A stretch of DNA of 40,392 nucleotides from a virus. Lineage: Duplodnaviria; Caudoviricetes. The translations under genes and the position numbers were made by a program. The stretch spans positions 1-40,392 of IMG/VR virus record IMGVR_UViG_3300020044_007928. The stretch is one strand, 5' to 3'. Positions 37,864 through 40,392 of this stretch are shown here, piece by piece. The notes beneath the pieces were generated by a model. That model ran no database searches. It was not told the DNA's origin and saw only the letters and a program-made list of their open reading frames with translations. Position 1 is the first letter of the stretch. The number at the start of each line of letters is the position of its first letter.

Positions 37864-38376
37864 ATGATTAAGGGAACCATGGTTACCTTGGCGGCGCCGG
37901 AGCAGGAATTGGCCCGAGCCATGGCAGCACGGCGCGCCGAATGGAGGGCGCGTCAACAGGTCCCCGGGTGGGCTATCGGCGACGGAAGCCGGGCTGGGGC
38001 GTGGCAGGATCAAGACCTCTTGGCGAGCTGCTCGGAGCTGGCGTTCTGCAAGCTTGCAAACATATACCCGGAAGGAATCAAGGAAGGCGCCGGCACCGCG
38101 GTGGAAATAGATTGCAGGCTTCCCAACGGTGACGGCGTGGACATCAAGGCCACCCGCTACCCTACCGGGAGCCTTCGGGTTTCGATGCGGAAATACAGGC
38201 CCGCGGTAGAACGTACCTGGTATGTGCTGCTGACAGGAACCGGGCCCGAATCCGAATGGGTGTTCCGCGGCGCCATGCGGCCCGCGGACCTAATCACGCC
38301 GGAGCGCCTGACCTCATTCGGCGGTGTCGATCACCAATACATTGCCGACCAATCTATCCTAATTGACCTACCATAA
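37864..38376 (+). CDS. Hypothetical protein, possible PD-(D/E)xK fold
   Basis: ELAFCK...IDCRL....VDIKAT pattern; AAGGGG SD. Confidence 0.6.
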   Translation: MIKGTMVTLAAPEQELARAMAARRAEWRARQQVPGWAIGDGSRAGAWQDQDLLASCSELAFCKLANIYPEGIKEGAGTAVEIDCRLPNGDGVDIKATRYPTGSLRVSMRKYRPAVERTWYVLLTGTGPESEWVFRGAMRPADLITPERLTSFGGVDHQYIADQSILIDLP

Positions 38377-38381
38377 GTCAC

Positions 38382-38425
38382 TTGTTTGAACAGCCCCTAT
38401 GGTGTATATAGGGGCTTCCAAACAA
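38382..38425. terminator. Long hairpin between convergent genes (probable bidirectional terminator)
   Basis: TTGTTTG..AGCCCCTAT-ggtgtat-ATAGGGGCT..CAAACAA. Confidence 0.55.
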
Positions 38426-38454
38426 CCAAACAAGAAACCATAAGCCCAAGCCGA

Positions 38455-38865
38455 TTAAGGCTTTGACCCGTCATCTTTACCCAAACAAACACCGGGCCTT
38501 GTTTGGCTATCCCAAACAAGCCACCAAGACTTGATGACGGCGCAAACGGCACCGGTGAGCGTGGTATTGTTTGCCTTAGCCAAACCTTGGAGCGCCTGTT
38601 TCAACTCCGGCGGCACCCATACGGTGAGCTGGGTTCCGCGGCGCCGGCGGTGGGTAGTGTTCTGCGGGAGCCTGGGTTCCTTCCGCGCGCGGGCAATCCC
38701 CTCGGCGGTGGCAAGGCACCAGACATGCTTCCGGGCACTCATGCGAATGGGTGGCACGATAGCACCGCGGCGAACCAGGCCCCAAACCGATTGGGTGGTT
38801 ATGCCCAGCATCGCGGCAAGCTCCTTGGCGCTGACGACTTCAACCAAGCCTTCTAAAGCATTCAT
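38455..38865 (-). CDS. Regulator: AlpA/excisionase-like wHTH + ribbon-helix-helix domain
   Basis: VSAKELAAMLGITTQSVWGLVRRGAI HTH; TQLTVWVPPELKQALQGLA..NTTL RHH; GGAG SD; only clearly real minus-strand gene. Confidence 0.7.
   Translation of the reverse strand: MNALEGLVEVVSAKELAAMLGITTQSVWGLVRRGAIVPPIRMSARKHVWCLATAEGIARARKEPRLPQNTTHRRRRGTQLTVWVPPELKQALQGLAKANNTTLTGAVCAVIKSWWLVWDSQTRPGVCLGKDDGSKP
38499..38519. promoter_or_regulatory. Inverted-repeat site TTGTTTGG-N5-CCAAACAA (copy 2)
   Basis: Identical arms and spacing to 37735-37755. Confidence 0.55.
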
Positions 38866-38893
38866 CGAAAAATTCTCCGGTAGTGAAAAATTT

Positions 38894-38921
38894 ATTGTAC
38901 CACAGCTTGACAGTGTCGCAA
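38894..38921 (-). promoter_or_regulatory. Leftward sigma70-type promoter for the regulator gene
   Basis: Minus strand TTGCGA-N16-TACAAT with extended TG; overlaps rightward promoter 1. Confidence 0.55.
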
Positions 38922-38934
38922 CACCGACTAGAAT
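38907..38934 (+). promoter_or_regulatory. Early promoter 1 (TTGACA-N16-TAGAAT) with palindromic spacer GTGTCGCAACAC
   Basis: Near-consensus hexamers, repeated three times. Confidence 0.85.
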
Positions 38935-38941
38935 TTAAGCA

Positions 38942-38962
38942 TGGGACCGAAGGACGGGACCA
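38942..38962 (+). promoter_or_regulatory. Leader hairpin 1 with AAGGA loop (CsrA-type site)
   Basis: TGG-GA-CCG AAGGA CGG-GA-CCA. Confidence 0.6.
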
Positions 38963-38987
38963 AGACAACGCAAGCGGAGAACGGAAA

Positions 38988-39227
38988 ATGAACAAGCAGC
39001 ACTGGATCGCAATTGGAACGGTAGTGGTTCTTCACAACATGGGGCAGAAAACGTTTGGAATGATTTGTGATCGCGAACAAGAAAAATACGGATTGGCTTA
39101 TACGGTTTTAACTGACGAGCACAGATTTGAAAAACATTTCAACATTGCCGATGCAAACATGAAAGGAATTGGCTGGAAAATTGCAAACGATGAAGAGATT
39201 GCTTTTCGCGCCAAGTACCGTAACTAA
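38988..39227 (+). CDS. Early cassette gene 1, hypothetical (79 aa)
   Basis: GGAGA SD; ATG 81 nt after the -35 start. Confidence 0.75.
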   Translation: MNKQHWIAIGTVVVLHNMGQKTFGMICDREQEKYGLAYTVLTDEHRFEKHFNIADANMKGIGWKIANDEEIAFRAKYRN

Positions 39228-39266
39228 GAAAAACTTCCGGGCCCGGAAAAATTCTTCCGGGCCCTC

Positions 39267-39294
39267 TTGACAGTGTCGCAACATGGATTAGAAT
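39267..39294 (+). promoter_or_regulatory. Early promoter 2 (TTGACA-N16-TAGAAT)
   Basis: Spacer GTGTCGCAACAT; preceded by hairpin GGGCCCGGAA-N6-TTCCGGGCCC (39239-39264). Confidence 0.85.
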
Positions 39295-39302
39295 ACAGGC
39301 AT

Positions 39303-39321
39303 GACAGCGAAGGACGCAGTC
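39303..39321 (+). promoter_or_regulatory. Leader hairpin 2 with AAGGA loop (CsrA-type site)
   Basis: GAC-A-GCG AAGGA CGC-A-GTC; compensatory changes relative to copies 1 and 3. Confidence 0.6.
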
Positions 39322-39347
39322 GGAACGCCAACACGGAGAACGGGACC

Positions 39348-39677
39348 ATGAGCCAGACTTACTTTTCTTTCGTCAACACCAACTACAACGGCAACGTCGA
39401 TCACCGTTCCGATGATCAGCAGTTTATCAAGTTCACGGGCTTTATTGATCAGAGCACCGAAGTCGATGAAATGCCCCAAGCCAACAGCCAACGGTACGTT
39501 GCAATCACCGAAGCCCAAGACATGGGCGATGATGATGAAAGCCTGTTCTGGTCGGTGGGCATTATGATTGATGGGGAATGGGCCGGCAAGGTTTACGACT
39601 GCCGGAGCGAGGCTTCAGCCCAACGCCTGGCGGAGAAAATCGCCAAGAACCAAGGCCTGACAATTGAGACCTACTAA
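39348..39677 (+). CDS. Early cassette gene 2, acidic hypothetical protein (109 aa)
   Basis: GGAGA SD; ATG 81 nt after the -35 start. Confidence 0.75.
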   Translation: MSQTYFSFVNTNYNGNVDHRSDDQQFIKFTGFIDQSTEVDEMPQANSQRYVAITEAQDMGDDDESLFWSVGIMIDGEWAGKVYDCRSEASAQRLAEKIAKNQGLTIETY

Positions 39678-39717
39678 AAAAACTTTTCGGGGTTCCGGAA
39701 AAATCTTCCGGAACCTC

Positions 39718-39745
39718 TTGACAGGGTTGCGACGCTGATTAGAAT
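39718..39745 (+). promoter_or_regulatory. Early promoter 3 (TTGACA-N16-TAGAAT)
   Basis: Spacer carries the reverse-orientation core GTTGCGAC; preceded by hairpin GGTTCCGGAA-N5-TTCCGGAACC (39691-39715). Confidence 0.85.
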
Positions 39746-39752
39746 ACAGGCA

Positions 39753-39773
39753 TGGAACCGAAGGACGGTTTCA
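39753..39773 (+). promoter_or_regulatory. Leader hairpin 3 with AAGGA loop (CsrA-type site)
   Basis: TGGAACCG AAGGA CGGTTTCA. Confidence 0.6.
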
Positions 39774-39799
39774 AGAAAACGCAAGCGGGAGACGGACTC

Positions 39800-39994
39800 A
39801 TGGCAAACATCACATGCGGCAAGTGCAACGGTTCGGGCCAGTTTCATCTTAAGGTAGTTCAGAATGGCCGAGTGGGAGTTAAGGTAGATATTTGCTACGC
39901 TTGCCGCGGCAAGGGCACCATGACTGAGAGCGACATTAAGCGCAACGATATTTACTGGAAGTACAATTTTGTTCGAATTGCAAACGGCGGTTGA
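39800..39994 (+). CDS. Early cassette gene 3, DnaJ-type zinc-finger protein (64 aa)
   Basis: CGKCNGSG and CYACRGKG CxxCxGxG repeats; GGGAGA SD. Confidence 0.75.
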   Translation: MANITCGKCNGSGQFHLKVVQNGRVGVKVDICYACRGKGTMTESDIKRNDIYWKYNFVRIANGG

Positions 39995-39995
39995 A

Positions 39996-40046
39996 ACCCA
40001 CTGATGAGCCCCGGGGCGCCGGGGCGAAACCCTTCGGGGTCTGGGT
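39996..40046 (+). ncRNA. Type I hammerhead ribozyme; predicted cleavage after GUC at 40041
   Basis: Stem I ACCCA/UGGGU; core CUGAUGA; stem II GCCCCGG-GGCG-CCGGGGC; GAAA; stem III ACCC-UUCG-GGGU; C17. Confidence 0.92.
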
Positions 40047-40069
40047 CGCAAACCTTACGGAGATTGAGA

Positions 40070-40258
40070 ATGAATCGCTTCACCTTTCAGCTTGGCTACA
40101 GCGTATTGGCAAACGGCTACAACGGCACGCGCCGGGTGGACGCCGAAAACATCGAACAGGCCATTCAGATCTTCTATCAAACGTGGGAGCGCGACGGCAG
40201 CCTACGCGAAGAATTGGGCGACGTTTGGGATTTACACCAGTGCATGACTAGGGAATGA
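40070..40258 (+). CDS. Hypothetical early protein downstream of the ribozyme (62 aa)
   Basis: GGAG SD at 40059-40062; MNRFTFQLGY... Confidence 0.65.
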   Translation: MNRFTFQLGYSVLANGYNGTRRVDAENIEQAIQIFYQTWERDGSLREELGDVWDLHQCMTRE

Positions 40259-40271
40259 TTGGCAGGCCTTC

Positions 40272-40392
40272 CCGCCACCCCCACCCGGTAGATACCACGT
40301 GGGGAAACCGGGCAGGCCTGGCGCGGGGTGCGTGGCCCCGGGGAGCTTCTTTGTTGCAGGCCTGCCCACTTATTTCAGGAGATGGAAAGCCA
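40272..40392. repeat. Terminal direct repeat, right copy
   Basis: Identical to 1-121. Confidence 0.95.

Noticed and set aside
37864-38376. Restriction endonuclease partnering the two methyltransferases
   Set aside because: Only a weak D..D-x-K pattern and far from the MTase genes; the MTases look like orphan phage enzymes
39752-39799. Upstream extended starts given in the ORF track for the cassette genes (38883, 39267, 39752, 40004)
   Set aside because: They fall within promoter, leader or ribozyme sequence; SD-supported ATGs are at 38988, 39348, 39800 and 40070
38870-39800. Repeats as a CRISPR array or integron attC cassettes
   Set aside because: The repeats are ~120-nt degenerate promoter/leader modules separated by whole genes; no cas or integrase gene, and no GTTRRRY-type attC boundaries recognised
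40261-40367. HDV-like, twister or pistol ribozyme assignment
   Set aside because: Could not fit the required helix order or conserved catalytic nucleotides by eye

Overview
The window looks like a complete, circularly permuted ~40.27-kb tailed (siphovirus-like) phage genome: bases 1-121 are identical to bases 40272-40392. Almost all genes are on the + strand. The order is early/replication genes (CsrA homologue, RecT/Bet-like recombinase, SSB-like protein, primase-helicase, two C5 DNA methyltransferases, HTH-fused ECF-like sigma factor, RusA, ParB-like protein), then packaging/head genes (terminase, portal, a 1863-aa MuF-cargo-protease-scaffold ORF, decoration protein, major capsid). These are followed by neck/tail genes (two tail-tube paralogues, a -1 frameshifted chaperone, tape measure, Cys-rich tail proteins), a lysis-position module with a papain-like peptidase and no recognisable endolysin, adhesin-like genes and an HNH nuclease. 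No integrase, tRNA or CRISPR array was seen. The host is tentatively a planctomycete (inference from gene content). The most striking non-coding region is 38870-40392. It holds three repeated expression cassettes (hairpin + TTGACA-N16-TAGAAT promoter with an operator-like palindrome + covarying AAGGA-loop hairpin of CsrA-site type + small gene), then a canonical type I hammerhead ribozyme, then another strongly structured element, all upstream of the phage's own csrA on the circle.
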